Assembly (NCBI GenBank): GCA_958420205.1
Contig: CATZIX010000007.1
Location: 63,490 to 127,489 of the forward strand
DNA: 64,000 nt
From: an uncultured Collinsella sp.
Lineage (GTDB): Bacteria; Actinomycetota; Coriobacteriia; Coriobacteriales; Coriobacteriaceae
Direction of reading: 5' to 3'
Shown here: positions 36,073-46,323 of the stretch, one piece after another
How the letters are laid out: every line of letters begins with the position of its first letter
How positions within the stretch are numbered: the stretch's first letter is position 1
Program-made: the position numbers and the translations under genes
Notes under the pieces: model-generated
Told to the model about the DNA's origin: nothing
What the model saw: the letters and a program-made list of their open reading frames with translations, nothing else
The model's database searches: none

Positions 36073-37074
36073 CTAGTAGTAGGCCCACATGGCTTCGACT
36101 TCGTTGAGGACCTCTACGACGCCCCAGCGGCGGGCGCTGCGGCTGGCCGAGTTGGGGTCGTAGACGCCAATTTGGTTGGCATCGTCGATGCCGTAGAGCA
36201 CGATGTAGTGGCCTACGTTGGTAAACGTACCGGGGCGCACTGCGGCGATGACGGGCGCACCCGAGCGAAGTGCTTGGGTAATCGATTCGCGATCGTTATA
36301 GAGCTGTGTTCCGTTGAGCCCCAGCTGCCACGCACCGCCTGTCATAAACGACCACTCGGTGGCACCGGTGGGGGCGTAGTTGCCGGCTTCGGCCAGTGCG
36401 CATATATCGACCGGCGTCTTATCGGTATGGCCGGTCTTAAAGATATAGACCATGGTGAGGCAGGTAGGACCGCAAGCGTTTTCGCGAATAGTGCCACCGG
36501 CATAGGGCAGCTCCGACCATGCGGGGTCAATTTGGTAGATGTGGGGCATGGTGCCGGCCTGCCATTGCGAGCGTGGGGTCGAGAACGCAAAGGAGTAGCC
36601 GGGCGCGACGGGAGCTTTAAGCAGCTTGTCCTCGGCAGTGGGCTCAAGACCGGCTGATCCGTGGGAGATACAGGATCCCAAAAACACAAAGACGAGGCAG
36701 GCGGCGATGGAGCAAAGCGCAAGGCGTAGGCGGCGGGCCGGAAGCGCGTGGCTTGTGGTGTGCGACGCGGGGTGAGGGGCGGAATTGCCGCGATCGCGTT
36801 GAGGTCGCGAAAAGGAGCGCTTAACGTAGTAGTCGGTCGTACGGCGATCGTAGCGGCGTGGCTGCGATGTGTCGGTCTGGCGTTGGCGTGTGCTCGTGCT
36901 CACGCGGTCTGACTGCTGCACGGTACGGCTTTGTTGCCGCGAAGAAGCCCCGAGCTGCTCTTGGGGGCGCTGCGGGTTGTCGTTGTCGGAGGTGCTTCTG
37001 GGCGTTGGCATGGTGCGGCCGGCAAGGCGCACGCTTTGTGGCCGTTGGTCGCCGTCATTGTATCCGTATGCCAT
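36073..37074 (-). CDS. membrane-anchored papain-fold (peptidase C39-like) domain protein with a disordered basic/Gln-Ser-Thr-rich N-terminus
   Basis: The C-terminal domain has NACGPTCLTMVY (catalytic Cys context) and NVGHYIVLYGID (His). TM helix is LALCSIAACLVFVFLGSCI. ATG 37074 has an AAGGTG RBS; the track start is GTG 37083. Confidence 0.55.
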   Translation of the reverse strand: MAYGYNDGDQRPQSVRLAGRTMPTPRSTSDNDNPQRPQEQLGASSRQQSRTVQQSDRVSTSTRQRQTDTSQPRRYDRRTTDYYVKRSFSRPQRDRGNSAPHPASHTTSHALPARRLRLALCSIAACLVFVFLGSCISHGSAGLEPTAEDKLLKAPVAPGYSFAFSTPRSQWQAGTMPHIYQIDPAWSELPYAGGTIRENACGPTCLTMVYIFKTGHTDKTPVDICALAEAGNYAPTGATEWSFMTGGAWQLGLNGTQLYNDRESITQALRSGAPVIAAVRPGTFTNVGHYIVLYGIDDANQIGVYDPNSASRSARRWGVVEVLNEVEAMWAYY

Positions 37075-37428
37075 TCGAATCACCTTGTCTCATGTGTAAC
37101 TTGTCTATCCTACATAAAAAGATGCACGACACATGGGTATGTGCGCCAAAAGCCTGACAAATGGTATGAACGTTGCCGCGCCGCGCGTCAAGCGTCACGG
37201 CAACAGGTATTCAAAAGCAGAAAAGATGAAAGCGCCCAAGACGAATGACGTCTCCCGCCGTTCGTCCCAAAAACGGTGCCGCTCGTTTTGCAGTTCTGCC
37301 TTCGGTCGAGCTGCGAGCGGCGCTGCTGCGCCAAGGCCGTATCTTAAAGCCATGGAATAAAAGCGCGCGGCAAAACGGACCGCGCAAGGGGTGACGCCAA
37401 GGGCGTCAAATAGGAAAGGAGGGGAACA

Positions 37429-38880
37429 ATGGCGGACAAGAACGCAGAAGTTGCAGTCGAGGATAACGGCGGCATGAAGAAAACGCTTTCGCTCTGGAAC
37501 TTCTTCACCATCGGCTTTGGTGCCATCATCGGTACCGGTTGGGTTCTGCAGGTCGGCGACTGGATGGTCGTGGGCGGCGGTCCCGTTCCCGCTATGATCG
37601 CATTCCTCTTGGGTGCAATCTTCCTCGTGCCCGTCGGAGCTGTTTTCGGTGAGCTCACGGCTGCTATCCCCATCTCGGGCGGCATCGTCGAGTATGTCGA
37701 TCGTAGCTTTGGCCGTACGCTGAGCTACATCACCGGATGGCTTTTGGCCCTGGGCAACGGCATCCTGTGCCCGTGGGAGGCCATCGCCATTTCGACCCTC
37801 GTGTCCGAGATGTTCGGCAGCCTGCCCGGCCTTGAGTGGCTGCGCGCCGTCAAGCTCTACACCATCCTGGGCGCTGACGTCTACCTGTTCCCGACGCTGA
37901 TCGCGCTCGGCTTTGCAGCCTACGTCATCTTCCTCAATTTCCGCGGTGCCAGCTCGGCCGCCAAGCTCCAAGCCTTCCTGACCAAGGCCCTGCTCTGCGG
38001 CATGCTGCTCGCCATGGGCGTCTCGCTGTTCACCGGCTCGCCGAACAACGCCATGCCTGTGTTCTCCCAGGTCGCCGGTGCTGGCGGCGGTAAGGCCGCC
38101 ACCGAGGGCACCAGCCTGTTCGCCGGTATCGTGTCGGTCCTGGTTCTGACTCCGTTCTTCTACGCCGGCTTCGACACCATTCCTCAGCAGGCTGAGGAAG
38201 CAGCCGAGGGCCTTAACTGGAACAAGTTCGGCAAGATCATCTCCCTGGCCCTGCTGGCCGCCGGCGGCTTCTACATGGTCTGCATCTACTCGTTCGGCAC
38301 CATCCTCGACTGGCATGAGTTTGTTAAGAGCCCGGTTCCCGCGCTTGCCTGCCTCAAGGGCATCAACATGCTCCTGTACCTGGCCATGCTTGTCATCGCC
38401 ACGCTTGGACCCATGGGCCCGATGAACTCCTTCTACGGCGCCACGAGCCGCATCATGCTCGCCATGGGCCGCAAGGGCCAGCTGCCCGAGAAGTTCGCCG
38501 AGGTCGATCCCGGCTCCGGCGCTCCCAAGCTCGCCTGCGTCGTTCTGGGCGTCATCACCGTCGTCGGTCCGTTCCTGGGCAAGAACATGCTCATCCCTCT
38601 GACCAACGTGTCGGCTCTCGCCTTCATCTTCTCCTGTGGCATGGTCGCCCTCGCTTGCCTGCGCATGCGCTTCACCGAGCCCGACCTGCCTCGTCCCTAC
38701 GAGGTGCCCGGCGGCAAGTTTGGCATCGGCCTCGCTATCGCTGCCTGCGCCATCATCATCGGCCTGCTCGTGATTCCGTTCTCTCCCGCCTCCCTCAACA
38801 TGGTGGAGTGGAGCATCGTGATCGGCTGGCTGGCCGTCGGCCTGGCTCTCATGGCCTTCACCAATTCCCGCAAAAAGTAA
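37429..38880 (+). CDS. APC-superfamily amino acid/polyamine permease
   Basis: 483 aa with ~12 TM segments. The N-terminus is LSLWNFFTIGFGAIIGTGW. AAAGGAGGGG RBS. Confidence 0.8.
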   Translation: MADKNAEVAVEDNGGMKKTLSLWNFFTIGFGAIIGTGWVLQVGDWMVVGGGPVPAMIAFLLGAIFLVPVGAVFGELTAAIPISGGIVEYVDRSFGRTLSYITGWLLALGNGILCPWEAIAISTLVSEMFGSLPGLEWLRAVKLYTILGADVYLFPTLIALGFAAYVIFLNFRGASSAAKLQAFLTKALLCGMLLAMGVSLFTGSPNNAMPVFSQVAGAGGGKAATEGTSLFAGIVSVLVLTPFFYAGFDTIPQQAEEAAEGLNWNKFGKIISLALLAAGGFYMVCIYSFGTILDWHEFVKSPVPALACLKGINMLLYLAMLVIATLGPMGPMNSFYGATSRIMLAMGRKGQLPEKFAEVDPGSGAPKLACVVLGVITVVGPFLGKNMLIPLTNVSALAFIFSCGMVALACLRMRFTEPDLPRPYEVPGGKFGIGLAIAACAIIIGLLVIPFSPASLNMVEWSIVIGWLAVGLALMAFTNSRKK

Positions 38881-39011
38881 CGCCGAGCCGGGGCGGATCA
38901 GGTGCGCGGGACCCTCTCTTCCGCGCACCGAACCCGGCGCCACTTGGGTAGCTTTGTGAGGCCTTAACCCAACACGGCCTCGCCCACTATATGGATCCAT
39001 AAGGAGGAACC

Positions 39012-40289
39012 ATGTCCACTAAGTATGCAATCGTTGGCGGCAAGCTCATCGACGGTACCGGTGCCGAGCCGGTCGAGAACTCCCTCGTTCTCGTCGACAA
39101 CAACGGCAAGATCGAGTACGCCGGCGCCATGCAGGACCTTCCCGAGGGCGTTGAGGTCATCGACGCCGCCGGCAAGACCGTCCTTCCCGGCCTGATCGAC
39201 ACCCACCTGCACTTCTCGGGCAACTTGACCGATGATGACACCGACTGGGTCATGCAGCCGCTCCTCGAGAAGCAGGCCGTCGCCGTCAAGCAGGCCTACG
39301 ACTGCCTCACCCACGGCCTCACCACCGTCTGCGAGATCGGCCGCTTTGGTATCCAGATCCGTGACTGCATCGACAAGGGCGTCTTCAAGGGCCCGCGCGT
39401 TCTGGCCACCGGCCTTGGCTTCTGCCGCGTTGCCGGCCACGGCGACTCCCACCACTGCAGCCAGGAGCTCAACAAGGAATCCCACCCCTGGGGCGACCAG
39501 GTCGATGGTCCTTGGGATCTGCGCAAGGCCGTCCGTCGTCGCCTGCGCGAGAACCCCGATGCCATCAAGATTTGGGCTACCGGTGGCGGCATCTGGCGCT
39601 GGGATTCCGGTCGCGACCAGCACTACTGCTCCGAGGAGATTCAGGCCGTGGTCGAAGAGGCCAAGATGGTCGGCATCCCCGTGTGGAGCCACTGCTACAA
39701 CAACCACGCCGCTGCCTACGACTCCGTCCGCTTTGGCTGCGAGCAGCTGATTCACGGCTTCGATATCGATGAGCGCACCATGGACCTCATGGCCGAGCAG
39801 GGCACCTTCTTCACCCCGACGATTGCCTTCCTGCCCACCTGGTACGCCACCTATCCGCCCGTCTACGTCCCCGAGCTGCACGACAAGTACGAGGGCACCC
39901 TGGTCGAGAAGGAGCTGCAGCGCAACTACGACTGCCTGCGCGAGGCCAAGAAGCGCGGCGTCATCATGACGATTGGCTCCGACTCCTTCTCCTTCGTCAC
40001 CCCGTACGGTACCTGCTCCATCGAGGAGATGTACGAGTTCGTCGACAAGATCGGCTTCACCCCGGTCGAGACCATCACCTGTGCCACTCTCAACGGTGCC
40101 AAGATGTGCCACATCGAGGACGAGACCGGTTCCATCGAGGCCGGCAAGTGCGCCGACCTGCTGGTCGTCAACGGTGACGTCGCCGCCGACATCCACGTGC
40201 TCAACACCGACAACATGGACGTCATTATGAAGGACGGCTGGATTGTCGAGGGCGGCACCTTCGGCGAGGCAAACAGGTACAGCGCCTAA
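39012..40289 (+). CDS. amidohydrolase-family metal-dependent hydrolase
   Basis: The pattern KIEYAGA...GKTVLPGLIDTHLHF (HxH metal site) ... GSDS ... AGKCADLLVVNGD is typical of the amidohydrolase superfamily. Confidence 0.8.
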   Translation: MSTKYAIVGGKLIDGTGAEPVENSLVLVDNNGKIEYAGAMQDLPEGVEVIDAAGKTVLPGLIDTHLHFSGNLTDDDTDWVMQPLLEKQAVAVKQAYDCLTHGLTTVCEIGRFGIQIRDCIDKGVFKGPRVLATGLGFCRVAGHGDSHHCSQELNKESHPWGDQVDGPWDLRKAVRRRLRENPDAIKIWATGGGIWRWDSGRDQHYCSEEIQAVVEEAKMVGIPVWSHCYNNHAAAYDSVRFGCEQLIHGFDIDERTMDLMAEQGTFFTPTIAFLPTWYATYPPVYVPELHDKYEGTLVEKELQRNYDCLREAKKRGVIMTIGSDSFSFVTPYGTCSIEEMYEFVDKIGFTPVETITCATLNGAKMCHIEDETGSIEAGKCADLLVVNGDVAADIHVLNTDNMDVIMKDGWIVEGGTFGEANRYSA

Positions 40290-40338
40290 GCTACCGTTCA
40301 TCGATGGCTTGATGTAAAACACAGTATTTGATTGCATA

Positions 40339-41793
40339 ATGCAATGGAGAGGGTCGCTTGCGGCCCTCTTTATTGCTATGGGGTGCGTCAGTAAGAAGGA
40401 GATGACGGTGGATCTCAATAGGCTGATTCTGGGCAAGAGCTACAACTCTACCAAGGTCTTTCGTACCGCTCAGCATGTGGTTCAAGCCATCTTGCTCGGT
40501 ATTGTCGTTCCGCTGCTTATCCTGCTGCTCATCTGGGATCTAACCGATAATCCCAATCCCGTTCCGGCCGTTGTCGTCATTGCCGGCTTGGTCATGCTGT
40601 GCTTCTTCTTCTCGTACGTCTTTGTCGTTCCCGACGACCTCACATCGAGCGCAACCGACCGCACGCTCGCCATCGCTTCAAAAATATTCGCCTACACGTC
40701 GCGCGGCCTTACGCCCGAAGCTGCCCTGGGCGCCTCTAAGATCATCCTGTCCGAAACTATCGCCTCTGCCATCTGCTTTACCGACGGCAAGCAGGTGTTG
40801 GCAAGCTGGGGCGAGGACTCGGCAAAATGCCCCGCGGGCACCCCGGTGGTGCTGCGGACTACGCTCAACGTGATCAACAGCGGCGAGCAAAGCGTGTTCT
40901 CGCGCGATGCCTCGACCGAGACAGGTGGCTACTTTCCGCGCCTGCGCGCCGGTATTGTCGCGCCGCTTACCGTGCGCGGGCATTGCGTGGGCACGCTCGA
41001 GCTGTATTATCCCCGTCTGAGCAGCATCGATATGCGCCAGACGGCGCTTGCCTCGGGCTTTGCCGACCTCATTTCCACGCAGCTTGCGAGCTTTGAGCTC
41101 GAGCGCCAGGACGAGCTTACGGCCCACGTGGAGCTGCGCGCCTTGCAATCGCAGGTCGATCCTCATTTTCTGTTTAACACCATCAGCACCATCGTGTCGC
41201 TCGTTCGAACCGAGCCCGACAAGGCGCGATCGCTGCTGATCGACTTCTCCAACTACTATCGTCAGACGCTTTCTGATTCCGATACGCTCACCACGCTCGA
41301 GCACGAGGTGGAACAGGGTACTCGTTATATCAATCTTATGCAGGCCCGGTATGGCGACGGCCGTCTGCGCGTCTCGGTCGATATCGACTTTGAGGTGCGC
41401 GATTGCATGGTGCCGCCGTTTATCTTGCAGCCGTTGCTCGAAAACTGCATCAAGCACGCGCAGCGCGAGACCGAGCCGCTTTCTATTCATGTTAGGGCTT
41501 TCGAGACCGATGACGGTTTGGAGATCATCGTCGAGGACGATGGCATCGGTATGAGCGAAGAGGTCTGCGCGCATCTGTTTGAGCAGCATCGCTTGGAGGA
41601 GCCCGAGAACATTACCGCCGACGGCTCCGTCAAGCGAGGTTGCGGCCTGGCGCTCTTCAACGTGCTTCAGCGCATCCATTTCTTTTACGGAGAAGATTCC
41701 GGCATGCGCGTGAAGTCCCAGGAGGGCGTGGGAACGCAGGTCATCGTCGAGCTGAACGGCGAGCCGCATGAGCCGGCGCCGTTGACGGCGTAG
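40339..41793 (+). CDS. LytS/YehU-type sensor histidine kinase (2 TM, GAF-like, His_kinase, HATPase_c)
   Basis: LRALQSQVDPHFLFNTISTIVSLVR is the PF06580-type H-box. The ATPase N and G boxes are LQPLLENCIKHA and DDGIGM. The start codon is uncertain. Confidence 0.8.
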   Translation: MQWRGSLAALFIAMGCVSKKEMTVDLNRLILGKSYNSTKVFRTAQHVVQAILLGIVVPLLILLLIWDLTDNPNPVPAVVVIAGLVMLCFFFSYVFVVPDDLTSSATDRTLAIASKIFAYTSRGLTPEAALGASKIILSETIASAICFTDGKQVLASWGEDSAKCPAGTPVVLRTTLNVINSGEQSVFSRDASTETGGYFPRLRAGIVAPLTVRGHCVGTLELYYPRLSSIDMRQTALASGFADLISTQLASFELERQDELTAHVELRALQSQVDPHFLFNTISTIVSLVRTEPDKARSLLIDFSNYYRQTLSDSDTLTTLEHEVEQGTRYINLMQARYGDGRLRVSVDIDFEVRDCMVPPFILQPLLENCIKHAQRETEPLSIHVRAFETDDGLEIIVEDDGIGMSEEVCAHLFEQHRLEEPENITADGSVKRGCGLALFNVLQRIHFFYGEDSGMRVKSQEGVGTQVIVELNGEPHEPAPLTA

Positions 41794-41831
41794 CACGCGG
41801 TTGGATTGAGAGAAAAAGAGGGGAAGCACAT

Positions 41832-42566
41832 ATGTCCGAAGGCTGGAACATCTTGGTGGTTGATGACGAGCCTCCCATTAGGGCTGAGTTACGCTATCTG
41901 TTGGAAAAGGATACGCGCGTGGGTCAGATTGCCGAGGCGGGCAATGTCACCGAAGCCGTGGAGTCGATTCTGTCGAACAAGCCCGACGTGTTGTTTTTAG
42001 ACATTACCATGCCCGGTCGCTCGGGAATTGAGCTTGCCGAGACGCTGCAGAACCTAAAGACGCCGCCGGTGGTTGTGTTTGTGACGGCATTTGCCGAGTA
42101 TGCGGCTGATGCCTATAACCTCGATGCCGTCGATTATGTCGTCAAGCCGGTCGAGGACGCACGCCTGTCAAAGGCGCTCGACAAGATCGAGGCGGCCTTG
42201 GGTGCCCGTCGTGTTATCCATGCTCCGCGCCAGCCTTTGCGTCTGACGGTGGACCGCGGGGGCAAAAAGGTGTTCATTCCCGCCGCAGACGTCTGCTACT
42301 TTGAGGCGCGCGCCGATTTTTGCAACGCCATCTGCGCCGAGGGAACGTACCTGATCAATGAGTCGATCTCTTCGCTCGAGCGTCGCTTGGACTCCGAGGG
42401 CTTTATTCGCGTTCATCGCAGCTATCTGGTCAATTTGGAAGACGTGCACAATGTTGAGATTGGCTCCACGGGGTTGATGGAGCTCAGGCTCGACCGCGTG
42501 AACTCGACGGTACCGGTGTCCCGTCGTCGTGCCGCCGAGGTCAAGTCGCACCTGGGGCTTGCGTAA
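41832..42566 (+). CDS. LytR/AlgR-family response regulator (REC plus LytTR)
   Basis: ILVVDDEPPIR...DVLFLDITMPG...VTAF, then the LytTR C-terminus FIRVHRSYLVNL. Confidence 0.88.
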   Translation: MSEGWNILVVDDEPPIRAELRYLLEKDTRVGQIAEAGNVTEAVESILSNKPDVLFLDITMPGRSGIELAETLQNLKTPPVVVFVTAFAEYAADAYNLDAVDYVVKPVEDARLSKALDKIEAALGARRVIHAPRQPLRLTVDRGGKKVFIPAADVCYFEARADFCNAICAEGTYLINESISSLERRLDSEGFIRVHRSYLVNLEDVHNVEIGSTGLMELRLDRVNSTVPVSRRRAAEVKSHLGLA

Positions 42567-42658
42567 GAGGCTTGCGTGCCGTCGTTTACCATCGCAGGTT
42601 TGGCATGGGCGCGCGGTGGGCATAATGGGTGGCATCGAATGAAATCGAAAGGATCATT

Positions 42659-43603
42659 ATGCCCGCGCTTATCACCCATCATCTGTTTGGCGAGGAAAGC
42701 ATCGACCGTCTTCCGCAGGGCGTCATCACGTCCGATGAAGAGCGCATTGCCTTTATCTTGGGCAACCAAGGCCCCGACCCGTTTTTCTTTCACATTCTGA
42801 CACCGCGTGTTTCCGACTGCACGCTGCTGGCGCAGGTCATGCATCGGTCGCGTATGTCTCGCCAGTTCGCGTGCCTGCGCGACGGCGTGTCGCATCTGCT
42901 GCCGCGCGACGCCAGCTTGGGTCGCGCCTTTGCGCTGGGCCTGCTGTCTCATTACGTGCTCGACCGCAACGCCCATCCCTTTGTCTATGAGCAGCAGTTT
43001 GGCATCGTGGAGTCCGATTCAGAGCTTGAGGATTCGAGCAGTCAGGTCCATGCCGTGATCGAGAGCGACCTGGATGTACTGATGCTGCAGCTTAAACGCG
43101 ATGGCGCTACGGTCGACGATTACCCGCCGGCGGGCGAGATCGTCACTACCGATCGCATCAATCGCGTGGCCGGCGTGCTGATGAGCTATGTTGCCGGACG
43201 CGTGTACGGCATTGACATTCCGGCGGGGGAGTACGGTGCTGCCGTTGCCAATATGCAGCGACTTTACCACGCGATTGAGCCGGCCGGCTCCGCAAAGACG
43301 CGCGCGATCTCGCTGGTTGAGGGCTTGGTGCACGACTACTCGCTGCTCGACGGCCTTGCCCATCGCGTGACGACGGAGCTGCCCGAGCGCACCGGTAACC
43401 TGGGCCATCTGACATGGAAGAATCCCTTTACCGACGAGGTCTCGAACGAGAGTTTCCCCGAGGTCTTTGATCGCGCGCTGGTCGATTACGAGTGCACGGT
43501 CGCACGTTTTATCGAGACCGGTGACATGGATGCCGTGACCAGTCACGTCAACTACAGCGGTCGCGTGCTCAATGCCGATGAGGAGTTCGACCGCGAGGAA
43601 TAG
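42659..43603 (+). CDS. zinc-dependent phospholipase C-like family protein
   Basis: ITHHLFG at the N-terminus, NQGPDPFFF, and SHYVLDRNAHPFVY. The His-rich metal ligand pattern resembles Zn_dep_PLPC-like proteins. AAAGGA RBS before ATG 42659. Confidence 0.5.
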   Translation: MPALITHHLFGEESIDRLPQGVITSDEERIAFILGNQGPDPFFFHILTPRVSDCTLLAQVMHRSRMSRQFACLRDGVSHLLPRDASLGRAFALGLLSHYVLDRNAHPFVYEQQFGIVESDSELEDSSSQVHAVIESDLDVLMLQLKRDGATVDDYPPAGEIVTTDRINRVAGVLMSYVAGRVYGIDIPAGEYGAAVANMQRLYHAIEPAGSAKTRAISLVEGLVHDYSLLDGLAHRVTTELPERTGNLGHLTWKNPFTDEVSNESFPEVFDRALVDYECTVARFIETGDMDAVTSHVNYSGRVLNADEEFDREE

Positions 43604-43704
43604 GGCCCGTGCGTGCCCCTTTGCCGAATCCTTACCGGCGGTTCTGGACAATTGGGGTACGATGAACTAACTGCATATCGGGCGAATACGAAGGGTCCCT
43701 GTCC

Positions 43705-44964
43705 ATGAAATACACCAAGCTCGAGCGTAACTGGGTTATGTATGATGTGGGCAATTCGGCCCTCGTGCTGCTCAATACCTCGGTGGTGCCCATTTACTTT
43801 AACGCCATCAATACCGGCGCTTCTTCGGCCGACCTGGTGGTCGCCTGGGGCAATGCGCAGACGATTGCCTCGCTGGTCATCGCCATGCTCATGCCCATTC
43901 TGGGCGCGCTTGCCGACTACGCCGGCAACAAGATCAAGTTCTTCTTGGGCTTCTTCCTCACGGGCCTGGTGCTTTGCCTGGCGCAGGCTATCCCAATGTC
44001 CGCCATGGCATTTTTGACCGTGTACGTGCTGTGCACCATCGGCCTTAACTCTTCTATGACGTTCTACGACGCCATGCTGCCCGACATTACCACCGACGAG
44101 CGCATGGACGCCGTGTCCAGCTCGGGCTATGCCTGGGGCTACATCGGTTCCACCGTGCCGTTCGTCATCTGCCTGGCGCTCATCATGGGCGGCCCCGCTC
44201 TTGGCGTCCCCACCATGCTGGCAACGCGTCTGTCGTTTATCATCACTGGTGCCTGGTGGCTCATCTTTACTCTGCCGCTCATTCGCACCTATAAGCAAAA
44301 GTACGGTCGCGAGCGCGGTCCCGAGGACACCATCGGCCACATCGTGGGCGGTGTGTTCTCCGAGGTCGGACACACCATGCGCGAGATCGCCCACAACAAG
44401 ACCGTGCTGGTCTACATGATCGCGTTCTTCTTCTATATCGACGGTGTGCACACGGTCATTTCCATGGCAACCAGCTACGGATCGGCCTTGGGCATCGATT
44501 CGACCCAGTTGGTCCTGGCGCTGCTCGTCACGCAGTTCGTGGCCTTTCCGTCCGCCATCATCTACGGCAAGCTCGCCGGCCGCGTGGGCACGCTCAACAT
44601 GATCTTGGTGGCAGTCGCCGCCTACATGGGCATTGTGCTGTTCGCCGCGTTCTTCCTAAAGACCGCCTTTGAGTTTTGGGTGCTTGCCATTATGGTCGGC
44701 CTGTTCCAGGGCGGCGTGCAGGCGCTCAGCCGTAGCTACTTTGGCCGCATTATCCCCAAGGAAAAGTCCAACGAGTACTACGGCTTCTTTGACATCTTTG
44801 GTCGTTATGCAAGCGTTATGGGCACCTTCCTGGTGTCGGTCGTCACCTCGCTGACCGGCAACCCGTCGCTGGGCGTCCTTTCCATTGGCGTGCTGCTGGT
44901 CGTTGGCTTTATGCTGCTGGTCCGCCTGTCCCGCATGACTCGGGCGGCAGAGCATGCCGCATAG
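43705..44964 (+). CDS. MFS transporter (UMF1/Atg22-like)
   Basis: 419 aa with ~12 TM segments. WVMYDVGNSA at the N-terminus is typical of the UMF1 family. Confidence 0.7.
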   Translation: MKYTKLERNWVMYDVGNSALVLLNTSVVPIYFNAINTGASSADLVVAWGNAQTIASLVIAMLMPILGALADYAGNKIKFFLGFFLTGLVLCLAQAIPMSAMAFLTVYVLCTIGLNSSMTFYDAMLPDITTDERMDAVSSSGYAWGYIGSTVPFVICLALIMGGPALGVPTMLATRLSFIITGAWWLIFTLPLIRTYKQKYGRERGPEDTIGHIVGGVFSEVGHTMREIAHNKTVLVYMIAFFFYIDGVHTVISMATSYGSALGIDSTQLVLALLVTQFVAFPSAIIYGKLAGRVGTLNMILVAVAAYMGIVLFAAFFLKTAFEFWVLAIMVGLFQGGVQALSRSYFGRIIPKEKSNEYYGFFDIFGRYASVMGTFLVSVVTSLTGNPSLGVLSIGVLLVVGFMLLVRLSRMTRAAEHAA

Positions 44965-45135
44965 GAGCGAGCGGCTATTGTGCCTGTCCACGGTACTCTT
45001 TTGGGGTTATCCGCAATAAACATTGCGACTTGCGAGCAATGATTTGCCCAAGTGGGTATGATGGAATCAGCTAGGTCGCGGGGCGTCGCCTGTGTTTGGC
45101 GGCGTCCCGTTTTTGTGTTGCAGGGAGGGTAAGGC

Positions 45136-46323
45136 ATGAACGCCACAGTCGTGATTCCAACGTATTGGGCGGGCGATGACGCTTGCGCAAACGCCCCTGG
45201 CACCTATGACCATTCGACGCGACTCAACGCCGACAATCCCGAACTCGACCGCTGCCTGGCCTCGCTTGAGCAGGTGCGTGACATCCCGCGCATCATCCTT
45301 TTGGTGGTCTGTCCCGTTTCTGCCACAGCCGATGTGTCGCTGCGCGTGCGCGAGATTGTCGACGCGCATCCCACGCTCAAGGTCACCGTTGTCACCAACA
45401 CCCAGGCCTCGCGCATTGCAGACCGGGTTGCTCAGATCGCGCCCAAGGGTTCGGGCGAGTGCGTGAGCCTGCGAGGCTACGGTGCCATCCGCAACATGGG
45501 GCTAGCCTGTGCCGCTGTGCTGGGGCATGACGCGGTTATCTTTTTGGATGACGATGAGACTGTCATCGACGCCGACTTTATGAAGCGCGCGACCTATGCG
45601 TTGGGGCAGCAGACACGTCAGGGCTTGCCGATCTTGGTCAAGAGCGGCTATTTCTACGATCGCGACGGCTCGCCGCTGGCTCCCACGGACAAGGCGGGCA
45701 TCTGCCATCGTTGGTGGACCAAGCGCATCGAGTTCAACCGTTGGATGAAAAAGGCGCTCTCGGGCACCCGCATCTCGCGCTCCAACTACGTGTGCGGCGG
45801 CCTGATGGCCCTGCACGCCCGCGCCTTTACGCGTGTAGCCTTTGACCCGTTTATCACCCGCGGCGAGGACTTGGATTACCTCTTTAACATGCGCATGTTT
45901 GGCTACGACGTGTGGTTCGATAACGAGTGGACCGTGCGTCATCTGCCTCCGGAGTCCGAAAAGCGCTCACCGCGCTTTATGCAGGATGTATACCGTTGGT
46001 ACTACGAACGGGCAAAGTTGACATTCGCCGCGCATCAAAAGGAGCTCATTCCCGTTACGGCGGCATCGCTCATGCCCTACCCGGGCCCGTGGATTTCGCG
46101 CGAGCTCGACGACCGCGTGCACAAGACCGCTATGGTCCGCAGCGTGTTTACCCGCGAGCATGAGGGCTACCTGCGCATCTGGCGCCATGGTATCGACGAG
46201 GCAAAGGCCTATGCGCGCCAAAACGCTGCAAGCTACCTGCGTTTCCAGAGCTTTTGGCCCAAGATCATGGACGGGCTTTGGCGTGACGCACAACTGATCA
46301 GTATCCTGGAGGGGGCCGAATGA
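45136..46323 (+). CDS. glycosyltransferase family 2-like protein
   Basis: VVIPTYW at the N-terminus and the DxD-like motif IFLDDDE. The stop overlaps the start of the downstream histidine kinase (ATGA). Confidence 0.55.
   Translation: MNATVVIPTYWAGDDACANAPGTYDHSTRLNADNPELDRCLASLEQVRDIPRIILLVVCPVSATADVSLRVREIVDAHPTLKVTVVTNTQASRIADRVAQIAPKGSGECVSLRGYGAIRNMGLACAAVLGHDAVIFLDDDETVIDADFMKRATYALGQQTRQGLPILVKSGYFYDRDGSPLAPTDKAGICHRWWTKRIEFNRWMKKALSGTRISRSNYVCGGLMALHARAFTRVAFDPFITRGEDLDYLFNMRMFGYDVWFDNEWTVRHLPPESEKRSPRFMQDVYRWYYERAKLTFAAHQKELIPVTAASLMPYPGPWISRELDDRVHKTAMVRSVFTREHEGYLRIWRHGIDEAKAYARQNAASYLRFQSFWPKIMDGLWRDAQLISILEGAE

Noticed and set aside
36073-37074. The C39-like papain-fold protein as the missing leader peptidase for the RiPP precursors.
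   Set aside because: It lies ~7 kb outside the island in core-like high-GC DNA. It is separated from the island by nifJ and arcC, and the precursors have no double-glycine motif. Proximity alone is insufficient.
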